Part shown: one piece after another, positions 24,700 to 37,471 of the stretch
How the letters are laid out: every line of letters begins with the position of its first letter
Numbering within the stretch: position 1 is the first letter of the stretch
From: Chiloscyllium plagiosum
Taxonomy: Eukaryota
DNA: 64,000 nucleotides
Reading direction: 5' to 3'
NCBI RefSeq assembly: GCF_004010195.1
Contig: NC_057759.1
Coordinates: 5,673,725 to 5,737,724 of the forward strand
The notes under the pieces: generated by a model
The model's database searches: none
Seen by the model: the letters and a program-made list of their open reading frames with translations, nothing else
What the model was told of the DNA's origin: nothing
Translations under genes and position numbers: made by a program

Positions 24700-27468
24700 T
24701 TAAAGTCTTTTCAACTTAAGTTTAAGTGGCTCTTTTGTCGATTCAGTTGTCCAGATTTCTGTCTCAACTGGAGATTCCACTGGCCCTTCGATCCGAGTGT
24801 AGTGAGTCCAGCCTTTCTCTGCTGTTCTTATTGCTGTTTCAGTGGTCAAGAATGCTTGGTATGGCCCCTCCCAGTCTGGTTGCGATTTGGTCTGTCCACG
24901 ATTTGACTAGGACCCAATCCCCCAGTTGGATGGGATGGACAGCAAATTCAGGGGGTTGAGTCTGTGCCAGCGAACTCTGTTTTCTGAGGAAAGACAAAGA
25001 GGAGGACAAGCCCAGTATATACTACTACAAGAACAGATCTTTCGTCTCCAGGGTCAGCAGTTCCCCTTTTGTTCCCAGATAGGGCAGGCCAAACAATATC
25101 TTATAAGGGGACAGCCTCATATCTTTCCTTGGGGCCGTTCACACTCGCAAAAGGGCTATAGGTAAACGCTTAGTCCAAGGGAGTCTGGTTTCTACTACTA
25201 ATTTAGATAACTGCTTCTTGAGTGTCTGGTTCATTCTGTCAACCTTTCCTGATGAAGTGCCAAGGAGTGTGGAACTCTCAGGAGATTCCTAATACCTCCA
25301 TTACCACCTGGAGTACCCTAGAGGTAATGAGTTCCCTGATCTGAATCTATGCATTCCACTATACCGTATCTAGGGATTAATTGTTCGAGTATTATCTTGG
25401 ACACCCCACTTGCTGTGGCAGTGGCTAAAGGGCATGCTTCCACCCATCTAGATAGGTGATCAGCCATTACCAGCATATACCTCAGTCTTCCCACTCGGGG
25501 TAATTCGGTATAATCTACTGAAATGCTCTGAAATGGTCTTAGCTCCTTGATTTTTTTTTACATGTTTATCTGTTTGGCTATCTTATATATCCCTTTGCAT
25601 CCACATTTTCTTTAAACTAAATCACACATTGCTTACACTCCCCAGTGACTCCCCTGATGTAGTTGAAAAGTGTGGTGCTGGAAAAACACAGCAGGCCAGG
25701 CAGCATCCGAGCACCAGGAGAATCGACATTTTGGGCATAAGCCCTTCTTCAGGAATGAGGCTGGTGTGCCAAGCGGGCTAAGATAAAAGATTTGGGGGAG
25801 GGGCGCTGGGAATACAATAGGTGGAAGGAGGTGAGGGTGAGGGTGATAGGCTGGAGAGGGGATGGGGGCGGAGAGGTCAGGAAGAAGATTGCAGGCCAAG
25901 AGGGTGGTGCTGAACCGGGGGGTTGGGACTGAGATAAGGTGGGGAGAGGGGAAATGAGGAAGCTGGAGAAATCTACATCCAAGCCATGTGGTTGGAGGGT
26001 TCCTAGGCGGAAGATGAGGCGCTCTTCCTCCAGGCGTCATGTGGCCAGGGTCTGGCGATGGAGGAGGCCAAGGACCTGCATGTCCTTGGCGGAGTGGGAG
26101 GGGGAGCTAAAGTGTTCAGCCATGGGGTGGTTGGATTGGTTGGTGCGGGTGTCCCAGAGGTGTTCCCTGAAACGTTCCGCAAGTAGGTGGCCTGTCTCCC
26201 CAATGTAGAGGAGACCACATCGGGTGCAGCGGATACAGTAAATGATGTGTGTGGAGGTGCAGGTGAATTTGTGACAGATATGGAAGGATCCATTGGGGCC
26301 TTGGGGGGGAAGATGTGGGCGCAAGTTTTGCACTTCTTGCGGTTGCAGGGGAAGGTGCCAGGAGTGGAGGTTGGGTTGGTGGGGGGTGTGGACCTGACAA
26401 GAGAGTCGAGGAGGGAGTGGTCTCTCTGGAACGCTGATAGGGGTGGGGAGGGAAATATATCCCTGGTGGTGAGGTCCTCATTCTCCCCTGATGTAGGACA
26501 GCCATAATCTCTTGCATCATCATTTTATTCAACATTTCCCTCCCATTGGGTAACATCCAGCGCCCATCCACTGTCTTTGCAGCTCCTAAATTTTTTAGTT
26601 CCTTTTCCTCTTTTGCAGTAAACAACGGGGCACCCTGAAGACCTGGAATTGCAGGTATTAGGGAGTATATCACTGCTCCCTGTGGATTCAGGTTTGCTTC
26701 TTTAGCTACCTCGTCGGCCAGTTTATTTCCCCTTACTTCCAGGTCATTCCCCTTCTGATGTCCATTTATATGAACCACCACTATTTCTCTCAGGAGTAAC
26801 AGAGATTCCAGCACTTCTTTTATCAATTCCTCATGTGCTTGGTCTTTTCCTCTGCTATTTATCAGTCCTCTTTCTCGCCAAATTTTTCCGAAGGTATGTA
26901 CCACTCCAAATGCATTTTTGGAGTCTGTATATATCGTTCCTTCTTTGTTTTCTAAGGCTCTGAGGGCTCTTTCTAGGGCATAGAGTTCACAAGTTTGGGC
27001 TGACCAGCCGTTAGGCAGTCTTTCAGCCTCGATAATGCTTCCCTCTATCCCATCTACTATAGCATATCCATTGTGCCTTTTACCCTCAATCACCCGGGAG
27101 GACCCATCGATAGACAACCGAGCTCCCGCATGCAGCGGGATGTCCCTTAAGTCCATCTTTAATCTGATATTCAATAATATCAAGGCAGTCGTGTTCTGGA
27201 TTGCCAAGGGTCACTCCCTCTCCCTTGCCACAGAAACGCAGCTGGATTCAAGCAACTGTCTGCGACTAACACAAGGTCATTCTGCTGTATTAAGATTGTC
27301 TCATATTTCAAGATCCTAGAGTCTGTGAGCCATCGTCCTGCTTTTTGATTTAATATGGTCCGTACCTGATGTGGGGTGCTGACTATTAAGGCTCCTCCAA
27401 AAGTAAGTTTCTGACTCTCCTCTACCAATAAGGCTGTTGCTGCCACTGCCTGCACACACTCTGGCCAG
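24700..27468 (-). pseudogene. pol: ERV-A pol 3' half (connection, RNase H, integrase); RT absent
   Basis: SIDGSSRV, SAQTCELYAL, IYTDSK, VVHINGHQKG...GNKLAD (RNase H); integrase remnants ending GPYQAFLTTETA...EPLKLKLKR; interrupted by Penelope. Confidence 0.92.
25663..26482 (-). mobile_element. Penelope-like element 3' fragment (GIY-YIG endonuclease + pLTR) nested in ERV-A integrase
   Basis: IIYCIRCTRCGLLYIGETGHLLAERFREH; 14-bp TSD CTCCCCTGATGTAG at 25649-25662 and 26483-26496. Confidence 0.92.
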
Positions 27469-28054
27469 TAATGTAGCTTTCCGTTCTTTAATTTAAAATG
27501 AATTAATGCAGTTATGTTTTAAATTAACCATGAATCAATATGACAGGTCACTGTGAATGCATGAAGGAGTCCTCCCAATTAATATTAATCCAGGCTAACA
27601 CAATTGATTTATTATAAATATTAATTATATATTATATAATTCAGGGTGAAAACACAAAAAGTGACAAACATTTTAAAAACTGTAATCGCGCAGTTCTGAT
27701 TGTTTACCAGTCACTTGTGACTTCTCATTCTGTTTCTGTAATTGTTTTGCTCGAGCACATTCATTTTTAAGAACCTCAACAGATTTCATAGCACCATTTG
27801 CAGTTAATTCAATCCCCAATTTGGTGGCAGTATCTTGTCATGAGCGCAAAACTGATTCTTCGTACCCCTCATCACAAAACTGTCGCCATAATCCAATTAA
27901 CTCTTTCTTTCCTGCTGCCTTGGGCTTTAAATTTATGGTTGATCTTACCGCCCCCGTATCGACTAGGAAAACTACGTCCTCTTTATAAAGTCTCACCTTT
28001 TAAATTTATCAAATGTTCCTGGTGGGTCCCCAGGGGCAGGAACCCCTGACACCC

Positions 28055-29660
28055 CTATTCTTCATCAAGGTTCATAAACGGCACTACCTTTGCTTCCTTT
28101 TTCAGATCTGGACACTCTCTCTTAAAGTGACCTGTCTTTCCACAGTAATAACATCCCTGTTGGTCCTGTTTACCAGACCCCTTAACATTTCCTCCCCAAT
28201 CTCTTCTCCTCCCTTTATTTTCAACATGCTGCCCGCCACCATTCCAGTTTCCTTCTCCTTTTAGGTTTGTCCTTTTCTTTATTACCTCTTCAACCGTGGC
28301 TATCATTATTTTTGCCTTCTGTTTCTGCTTCTCATGTTACGTTGCCAGATCAATTGCTGAGCCAATTTAACCAATTGAACAGCTTTAGGGCCACCTAATG
28401 GCCATTCCTCATCACCCAATGTTTTGTTTAGACCTTGATTTTTTTTTAAGAAATATTGCAATATTTCTTGCTCCCTGTAACCTCAAGTACCAGGAGCCTC
28501 TGCTCCCTGTAACTTTACCCTGTAACTTCAAATACAATTTATGCTTGTCTAACTTTAAAGCCTGTTCCTAACTATAAATTTTGGAATCTTACTTGTTCAG
28601 TATTTAATATTTAAAATGTAAAATGCATACAGTTCCCAACTTTGAAATCCACTATAATTACCCCGTTTTAGTCCCTTGATTTAAATCCAAAATTAGCTTT
28701 TAAGTTGTGCTGACCAGTGATTGCTCAATTACAATGCTATAGGTCGTGAAATAACCAGAGCTGCCTTAAAAGGATTTGTCTATTCAAGTTTAAAAAAAAC
28801 TTCTAATGCATGAATAATGACCGAATCCAAGGTCACCGATATTAACCATAGGATTTTGTTTTGATTTATTACAATCTAATGTTGAACTGAGACTTCAACT
28901 GTCCTCCATAAATCGCTTTTATGTTAGGATAAAAGAGATTAGTTAGAAACTGATAGTAAGGCAGTCATGACCTGTAAAAAGAACAGGAGTTAACATTTTA
29001 TTTCATAATCTGTAAAATCCTTAACCTCAAAAGAAATCATGTTAAAATTTCCATAATAGAAATCAGATTCAAAACAGTCCCGGATCTCAAGCTCCAGGGA
29101 ACAAAGCACAAACATTCAATCATCAACAAACAAATGTGCATTCAAACCGAATCACAAAGGGTTAAACTTTCTGTTAGCTGTACAGCTCTTTTTTCTCTCT
29201 CTCTCACACTCTCACACATACGCACAATCTCACAGACGCTTTGAGCTTCCCGCAACGACGACTCTATCTTTTGAATCTTTTTCTGGATGTCTGTCCATGA
29301 TTTAGTTATGAAGTGTACCCTCAGTAGCCCTTCAGCTACTAGCCCTTCTAACATGAAGTATAATCTGATTCCTCCTGACTGTAAGGCTGTTTTTCATTGA
29401 CATAAATTCAAATATTTACAAACGCAGTCTTCGTCCGACCTGTACTTTGGCCAGAAGACGAAGAATGGATTCCTCAGTACATACAAAGCAACAATATTTA
29501 ATCATCATTTTCCTATCTTTTCCCCTTGTACAAGTATTATTTTTCCAATTCCACAACATCCTGCCCAACGGACTTTCTGGAGGTATATTGTCAGGGACCC
29601 CACCTCCAATTCCATTTTCTTTTTCCTGGAGGCTTTTTCCTTTCCCTTGGCACAGCCCAT
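28055..29660 (-). pseudogene. gag: ERV-A gag remnants (MA start, CA end, CCHC nucleocapsid)
   Basis: MGCAKGKGK...PPESPLGRML at 29660; GLLRVHFITKSWTDIQKKIQKIE; CYYCGKTGHFKRECP; stop after DEE then start of protease. Confidence 0.88.
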
Positions 29661-29925
29661 ATTGAGTTCCTTCATTAATCCCTTGTTAACTACTAGAACT
29701 CAATCCCAACCACCAAGGCAGTACTTAAAAGTCAATTTTCTTACCTTGGTCTGTGCACAGAGTTGCCTGGCTCCCTGTCGCCTGATTCAGATAGACTCTC
29801 ATCGGATCTCGATCAGTCAACCAGAAGGGGGAACCCACCGCCGAGGAACACGGGACTGTTCTAAAAGGAATGGGACGCGTCTTCCCAGTCGTCGACGGTG
29901 CTTTACCCTGCCAGTCATGAAGGAC

Positions 29926-29944
29926 ATCCCAGACAAAGCCCCCA
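29926..29944 (-). promoter_or_regulatory. ERV-A primer binding site, tRNA-Pro
   Basis: TGGGGGCTTTGTCTGGGAT just 3' of the 5' LTR vs canonical tRNA-Pro PBS TGGGGGCTCGTCCGGGAT. Confidence 0.85.
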
Positions 29945-29947
29945 AAT

Positions 29948-30525
29948 TGTGAGAAATAAAACTCACAGTATAATAAATTTCAGTCTGAGTCAAAATCTGA
30001 AGCAGCAAATTTTATTGAAACCTTCTTACAAGAAGGGGTGACCAGTGGGCACGCACATTCAGGGATTGCTTTACAACTTATACAGTATTAAGTTTTGGTT
30101 CTCCCCATTTACCTCATAGGTCTTCATACCTATCAATCTCCCTTATTGTGTTCTATCACTACCCAGCTGCGGTCTGCCCTTATTACTTCCCCCTCCTCTT
30201 CAAGTTGGTGACCCTTCCCTCTGTAAGTACTGACATAAGGGAGAATTTGCTACACTTGGATCTTTATGTTCTTTTCACTTTTATCTGTTTGCTTGTAACA
30301 TCTTCCATTGTTCATAGGTACATTCCATTCCTGAATATACATTTTAACAATGCGCCTTTTCTTGCCTAGTTTATGCGTTTCAGCTATCTCAGCTATTTTG
30401 CTGAGACTGTAAATTATTATCATGATGAAAGAAATTATTTGCTAGAATAATTATGCACTAAAGTTAGTACCCAATTATCCACAATTATACTTGCAGAAGT
30501 AACACTGTTTTACCTATATCCCACA
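29948..30525 (-). repeat. ERV-A 5' LTR
   Basis: Homologous to 22000-22575 with substitutions and small indels. Confidence 0.95.
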
Positions 30526-31149
30526 CTCTGCTCCCCACCTATTCATGCATCTGTCCAGAGCCATCTTAAATGAATCTACCTGCCTGCCTCTACTACCTCT
30601 GCTGGTAATGCATTTTAGGCACCTACCACCCTCTGTTTGGAGTAATTGTTGCGTACATCGCCCTTAAACTTTTCACCTCTCACCTTGAACGTGTCACCCT
30701 GGGAAAAAGCTTCTCTCTATCTACTCTGTCTATACCCTTCATGATTTTGTAGACCTCAATCAGATCCGCCCTCAATCTCCTACTTTCTAATGAAAACAAT
30801 CCTAACCGACTCAGCTTCTCTTCATAGCTATACCTTCTATACCAGGCAAAATCCTCGTAAACTTTCTCTGCACCCTATCCAAAGCGACCACATCCTTTTG
30901 GTAATGTAGCGACCAGAACTGGACACCGTATTCTAAATGCGCCGAACCAATGTCTTGTAGAATTTTAACATGACCTGCCAGCTCTTATACTCAATATCCA
31001 ATCCGATGAAGGTAAGCGTATCATATGTTTTCTTGACCACTCTACCCACCTGTGCAGCAACCTTCAGGGTACAATGAACCTGAACTCCCAGATCTCTCTG
31101 CTCATCAACTTTTCCCAAGGCTCTTCCCTTGACTGTATAATCCTCTCGA

Positions 31150-32505
31150 CCAGCTCAGGCGGGTGTACCACTGAGATCGAGGCAGCTGGGCAGTCTGAGG
31201 AGGGAGGCAAGGCTGGGAGATGTGAGGGGGGGGGGGGGGGGTCTCCATCCTCTGGGTCCACTCTCACCCACACAAGTGCCGTGACAGAGTCGATGTCTTC
31301 TTCGTTCCCCCCCTCCTCCCTCACCTTTCTGAAGCCGATACTGTCCTGTGCCAAAACAGGACCGTAGAACCATTTCCAACCAGTTGAGATAGAGGTTAAG
31401 GCCGGGCACGGTGGGATAGGCTCCCCGGCACTGGCTTGGGGGGGGGGACAACCCTTTCTCGACTGGAACCGAAAACCCTGCTGGGACATCAACCCAGGCA
31501 CGGCCAGTAACCCGTGGACAGGGCTTGCTTTAAACATCTGGCCCTCCCGGCCCCTAACCTCGGAGCACGTCTTATTCTCCAACGCCAACCCAGCAAGTCC
31601 AGGAGGCGGCGAGGCAGCGTCAGGGCGGCAAACCACTTCACTAAAACGGTTTCTCCCCTCCCCTCGCTCGAAAAAGAGAGGACGTATCGCCTCGCGGGGA
31701 GATGGAAGGAGGCCAGGAGTAAAGACGCTCTCCGTACCCGATCTTACAGCACGTCCAGAGACACAGCGTGAGTGTGCCAACTTCAATTTCACACTCAGGG
31801 CACACCGGGGATGCTCCTGTCTTGCAGGTCGTCCTGGTGCCGCGAGGAGCATCTTCAGTCGAGTCGCCGGAGTTCTGTGACAGAGAGAGAGGGAGCGTCC
31901 TGGCATCGTGCCCACCTTTCGGAGGAGGGCTCCCGTCCCTAATTCTGGACTCCCGGTTTTATACAACCGCTCAGTGCCCTGTGGTACCTTAGAACGGAGC
32001 AGGTGACTGACCCATCGGGGAAGGCTCTCCCCTTTCCCGATCTGATCGATACGGATTAATTCTCAGCGTGGCCGTCCTTTGTATCACGTCTCGTCTGACT
32101 GAGAAAGGACTTTCGCCAGTCAGCCCAAACGGTGTCATTCCCTCCACCCCCAGTCATCTCCCAAACAGGAGCTCCCTCTGCACTCCCAGATTTTCAATCC
32201 CACATCGGTCAGCCCTGGCTGGAATTGAAACCATCCTGCCATCGGGAGGTTACTTGGAGGTGACCCTCAACCCCCCCTGTCGCATCGTCCTCCAGGCTTT
32301 GATTGGGTTTTAATCCGAGAGGGTTTTGACAACGATCCTCAATAACTCCCATCTTGCCCAGGAATAGCAGGTCGAGGAGGGGACAGTTTGCCAGGGAGCA
32401 AATCAGTGTCGAACCAGATTGATTGGGGGGGCACGGGAGACCCAGTCTGTTACGTAAGATAACAGGGAGCTCAACTGAAATCCGGAGAGTCCAGACCTTC
32501 GGAAA
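31150..32505 (-). mobile_element. Degraded L1-clade (Swimmer-like) LINE ORF2 3' end
   Basis: Minus-strand remnants QLSSLLSYVTDWV, FQPGLTDVGLKIWECRGSSCLGD, and C-terminal knuckle ASPVCPECEIEVGTLTLCLWTC across frameshifts. Confidence 0.6.
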
Positions 32506-32741
32506 GTGCAGTCGCAGGTCGACAGGATCGTGAAGGAGGCGTTTGGTATGCTTTCCTTGATCGGTCAGAGTCCTGAGGACAGGAGTTGGGAGGTCGTGTT
32601 GTGGCTGTACTGGACAACGGTTAGGGGCTGCTGTTGGAATGTTGCATGTGAGAGAGAGAGTGTGTGTGTGTGTGAGAGAGGGTGTGTGTGTGAGAGAGTG
32701 TGTGTGGGAGAGAGTGTGTGTGAGAGAGAGTGTGTGTGTGA

Positions 32742-32766
32742 NNNNNNNNNNNNNNNNNNNNNNNNN
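32742..32766. other. Assembly gap (25 N) after a (TG)n/(AG)n microsatellite
   Basis: Run of N directly visible. Confidence 1.
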
Positions 32767-33149
32767 TCGGAGGCTGAGGGGTGACCTTATAGAGGTTTAC
32801 AATATTATGAGGGGCATGGATAGGATAAATAGGCAAAGTCTTTTTCCTGGGATGAGGGAGTCCAGAACTAGAGGCATAGGTTTAGAGTGAGAGGGGAAAG
32901 ATATAAAAGAGACCTAAGGGGCAACGTTTTCACTCAGAAGGTGGTACATGTATGGAATGAGCTGCCAGAGGTTGTGGCAGAGGCTGGTACAATTGCAACA
33001 TTTAAGAGGCATTTGGATGGGTATATGAATAGGAAGGGTTTGGAGGGATATGGGCCAGGTGCTAGCAGGTGGGACTAGATTTGTTGGTTGGGATATCTGG
33101 TCGACGTGGATGTGTTGGACCGAAGGGTCTGTTTCCATGTTATACATCT

Positions 33150-34522
33150 CTATGACTCTATGACCTGGCTAGAACACCCTGCACATCACGTGACTTCACT
33201 TTCTCCATTAGTTTACTATGGGGAACCTTATCAAACACCTTACTAAAGTCCATGTGTATGACCTGTGCAGCTTTTCCTTCATCTAACAACTTGGTCACTT
33301 CCTCAAAGAAGTCTATTAAGTTGGTATGGCACAATCTCCCCTGCACAAAACCATGTTGCTTACCACCGATCAGTCCATTCTTTTCCAAATATAAATAGAT
33401 TTTATCCTTCAGTACCTTCTTCAGCAACTTTCCCACCACTGACATCAGGCTCACTGGTATGTAGTTATCCAGAATATCCCTACTACCCTTCTTGTACAGA
33501 GGGACAACATGAGAAACCCTGTAGTCCTCTTGCACCTCACCTGTGTTTAACTTTCCCAACATTGACACTTACTGCCAGAAATCTGGATGGGGCAGAATTT
33601 GTAAGAAGCGTCCAGGACAGTTTTCTAGAGCAGTATGTCAATAGTCTGACGAGGAAAGGGGCCATATTGAACCTGGTGTTGGAGAATGAGCCAGGCTAGG
33701 TGGTAAAGTTGTGGTGGAGATTCCTTTGGGAACAGTGACCACAATTTTGTAAGTTTTAATATACTGTTAGACAAAGATGAGAGTGGTCCTACGAGAAGTG
33801 TACTAAACTGGGCCAAGGCCAATTGTATCAAAAATAAGCAGGAGCTGTGAAATGGGGATTGGACACAGCTATTTGAAGGGAAGCCCACATTTGATATGTG
33901 GGAGGCTTTCAAAGGTAGGTCAAAGATAGGGAAGGATAGGCATGTCCTGTTGAAAGCAAGGGATAGGGAAGACAAGAACCGTGAACCATCGATGTCAGGA
34001 GAAATTGTACGACTAGCCAAGAGGAAAAGGGAAGCATACATAAGGTCCAGGCAGGTAAGAACAGAATGGGCCCTGGAAGAATATTGAGAGAGTAGGACCA
34101 GTCTTAAGCGAGGAATCAAGCGGGCTAAAAAGGGTCATGACATTGCTTCAGCTAGCACAATTATGGAGAATCCCAAAGCCTTTTATTCTTATATAAGAAG
34201 CAAGTGGGTAACTAGAGAAAGGATTGGTCCACTAAAGGATAAGGAAGGAAGGCAGTGTATCAAACCTGAGAAAATGGGGGAGATTCTGAATCTCAACTTT
34301 GCATCAGTGGTCATGGAGGAGAGGAACATGATGACTATTGAGATTAGAGGTAGAAGCTTGATTACTCTGGATCATGTTGAAACAAGTAGGAAGATGTGTT
34401 GGGTAGGCTAGAGGTTATTAAGGTAGACGCATCCCCAGGACCGGATGGGATTTATCCCAAATTGCTAGGGGAGGCGAGAGAGGTCTGTAAAGCTGGGGCC
34501 CTGACAGATATCTCTGTAGCAT
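33150..34522. mobile_element. CR1 LINE ORF2 fragment with internal inversion
   Basis: Minus part LNTGEVQEDYRVSHVVPLYKKG...IHMDFSKVFDKVPH; plus part ...ENPKAFYSYIRSK...GALTDISVAS. Confidence 0.85.
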
Positions 34523-34554
34523 CAGGTGTTCTTCCTCCAGGCCTCAGGTGGTTA

Positions 34555-36078
34555 TGTTAATGTACAAATTTGAGACAGCCCAGGGAATCCCTTGTGGACT
34601 CAGACCTGTAAAGCCTGTCTCTTGGTTCATCCCGGAGATCGGACTCTTTGGAAGTCTGCAATAAAACCCTCTTGCAGACAGTTTAGTTTAATTTTAGTCA
34701 TCCCTTTTATTCACTAATAGTATCACTCTTACACCATAACACTGATACCTATAAGCTAAACTAACGAGTTCTAATAACGTAAGACAGTGAGGTACCATCT
34801 CTTCAAGTGCCCCAGCAGGCTACTCCGATGTACTGCTACAAAGTGGCTTCTTTTATACAAAAGTTTACAAAAACATTGCATGTTCTTAATTAGACAGATA
34901 AGTGAAAGAGAATAATTCTAAGGAAGAAAAGTTAATTGACAGATATGTGTGTGTGTGTGCTTGACTGATCACTCCCACAGGCCTTGAGCTATCCATCAGG
35001 TAGGAAAAACATACCTAGCTGAGTTAAGCATCTGCTCGTGAGATAAGTTCCTATAAAGGAGTACCAGTCTAAATTAAGTGGGAGATGTCATAAGGTAACC
35101 TTGAACAGCTCACATGTCTGATATCATTGTTTTACAAAATGGCTTCTTAGCAAAGGCGTCAAATCTGTGACCATAAAATGGCTTCCTGACAGATTGTGTT
35201 AGAATCTCTTCAATGCTAGGTTTAGAATAATTTTAAGCTGGGAGCAGATTCCTGCTTTTTATCTTAAGCACAGAATCATTCTGTACTTGATGCTGAAATG
35301 TTACTGCAAGGTTGTATCTAAAATGATTAATTAGTCTCGAATTAAACACTGTTTTCAACATTGTGATTCAAATTCAAATAAGACATAATATCTGACTAGT
35401 TAGAGTTGACTGTGGGGCAGTCTGTAAGGTCTGTAAAGTGGTCTGCAAGAACAGCAAGTAAGTTAAAGCTTCATTAATATTACCTGTTGCAGAGTATGTA
35501 TTCAATAACTGGTAATGGCTACTCAATAGCATCATAAAGACCCAAAATGCAGTTAAATTCCAATCCATAGCAGATAAGCACTAAGTGTTAATTTTCCACA
35601 GGCTCCAATAGCCTCACCACTAAAATGGTCTCTCCCTCTCGTGTCATTTTGAACTCTCAAGTCAGCAAAGATTTTTCTCTCTCTCTCTGTCTGCCCCGCT
35701 TGCAAGGGGTAATAAGAATCCATTATAATTGGCAGCATCCTGCCGTTAATTACAAATCTTTTGATAGTACCGAGTTCCATTTCAGAGTCAGAATCAAACA
35801 CTCTTAATTTCACAAGGGAACGGCTGTGAATGTTATTACTTGGTGTCCTGTTCACACAGATTCACCGATGCTAAGGCAAATGTTCTTAATTGCCTTACAG
35901 CATCCTGTTATCATTTGGTGAGCCCAGATGTCCCTATCTTCTGCATTCCCTGAGATCTCCCCTTTTTCTGAGCCTTCCTGCCTGTCTATTTTCTAGTCCA
36001 GTAAATGTGTTCTATAATTCTGCATTATATTTTAGTCTAAATGTTTAAAGACAGGTTTTAAGGCTATAGACTTTCTCA
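34555..36078 (-). repeat. ERV-B 3' LTR (~1.5 kb)
   Basis: TG...CA; homologous to 40833-46072 minus insertions; PPT AAAACAAGGGAA at 36079-36090 on minus strand. Confidence 0.9.
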
Positions 36079-37471
36079 TTCCCTTGTTTTGTCATTTCAT
36101 GACAACTATTTGGCTTATACAAGTATACTTAGTCTATTCAGTCAATTTGTATTCTTAATAAGTCACGTGCCTCCTCTGACGAGCAGAATCTGAAAAATAC
36201 TGGATTTCAGCATGGAAGTTCGGGCATGGAGATAGAGGGGGAGACATGGGTCGATTAATCAGATTCCTCTTTGGCTTAGATGAAAAGCGATGTACGGTCC
36301 ATTTCATGCATAAGCAGACGGCAATGTATATTCCTAGGATGAGACCAAGGATTATCAGTACGTCCCACACAGGCTCCATCCGTACAGCGACCGTAGCCAG
36401 CAAGTAAAACTCCATCCATGTGAGTCAGATGACTGTGGGGCAGGTACCTTCCCTGCGTCTTGACCTGTTTTGTTGATAACATCTGTATCGTCCAAAATGT
36501 CTTTCAAGAAATCATTGATGTTGGTGCAACATTGCGGGCCAATGACTGAACAGGCGTCTCCTTCTTTAGGAGGAAATCTAGCACTCGTCGACTCTGAAGC
36601 ATCATCATCTGAGTATCCTGTAACTCTTTGTTCACCAGTTTCAAAGCATGGGAAGTCAAGTTGGCAGATGTTTTGATCTCATACGCAAGGTCAATTATCA
36701 ATACCCCAGCCAGCAACCTGGACCACCAGGTTTGTTGGTGGAAGAAGTTGTGCAAGTCCCATTTTGTTTTTCCTCTACTTGTTGCTTCATACTGATTCAC
36801 CTGCTGGTGGGTGTTCCATTCATCATCTACTTCAGGCATCTCATGGTGAGGGAGTGGAAAGTGGAAAGAGTATTAGAATGGTGGAAGAGTGAGCAGATAA
36901 TACATGGGTCAGGGGGCTTAGCTTGAACAAAGAAACCATTAATAACAGGAAGAGGATTGGGAGTGCATAGTATTTTTGGTCGTTCATCATCTTTTCCAGC
37001 TTGTCTTGTTAATTACTGTAGCTACTGAATACAGGAAACATGTAAAGATATTTCTGTCAGTGGCAGTAGATTGGATAGGATAGGATTCATCAAGAAGGTA
37101 TAAGTGGTCAGTCTCATGGCAATAGGTGCCTTAAGGTTTGGTGATTTCTGTACGATGTGCTCAATACTGCAATCTGCATGGTTCATTTTGAAAAGGGAAC
37201 AGACAAGCATCTCAAGGTAGCAATTTTCAGGTGATGGAATGGACAAGGTTATGGAATTGTGCTATCTCACGATGACTGGCATAGAAGTGTTGTAAGGATG
37301 ACAATAAGGTCGAGAGTGATGTTTGGATATGCAATGCGAGTAGTTTAAATGAGCTTCAGCTGGGCAGCTGCATTCATAACTTCCAATGGTATTAGTACAG
37401 GTATCATACATACAGTCACACTGGAGTTTTAGCTGGTCTAGGTTATCACAGAAGGGTTGGTTATATTTGTG

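Larger units (their letters stand above)
22000..30525 (-). mobile_element. Endogenous retrovirus ERV-A (class I, gamma/epsilon-like), defective provirus
   Basis: Paired LTRs, TSD CTCT (21996-21999 / 30526-30529), tRNA-Pro PBS, PPT, gag/pol/env remnants; inserted into a CR1 3' region that resumes at 30526. Confidence 0.95.

Noticed and set aside
26116..27207. 363-aa ORF suggesting an RNase H fusion protein
   Set aside because: ERV-A RNase H simply reads through into a nested Penelope insertion (TSD-bounded) in a non-native, Pro-rich frame.
31064..31966. 300-aa GC-rich ORF
   Set aside because: Chance open frame across a degraded L1 ORF2 3' end; recognisable L1 motifs lie in shifting frames.
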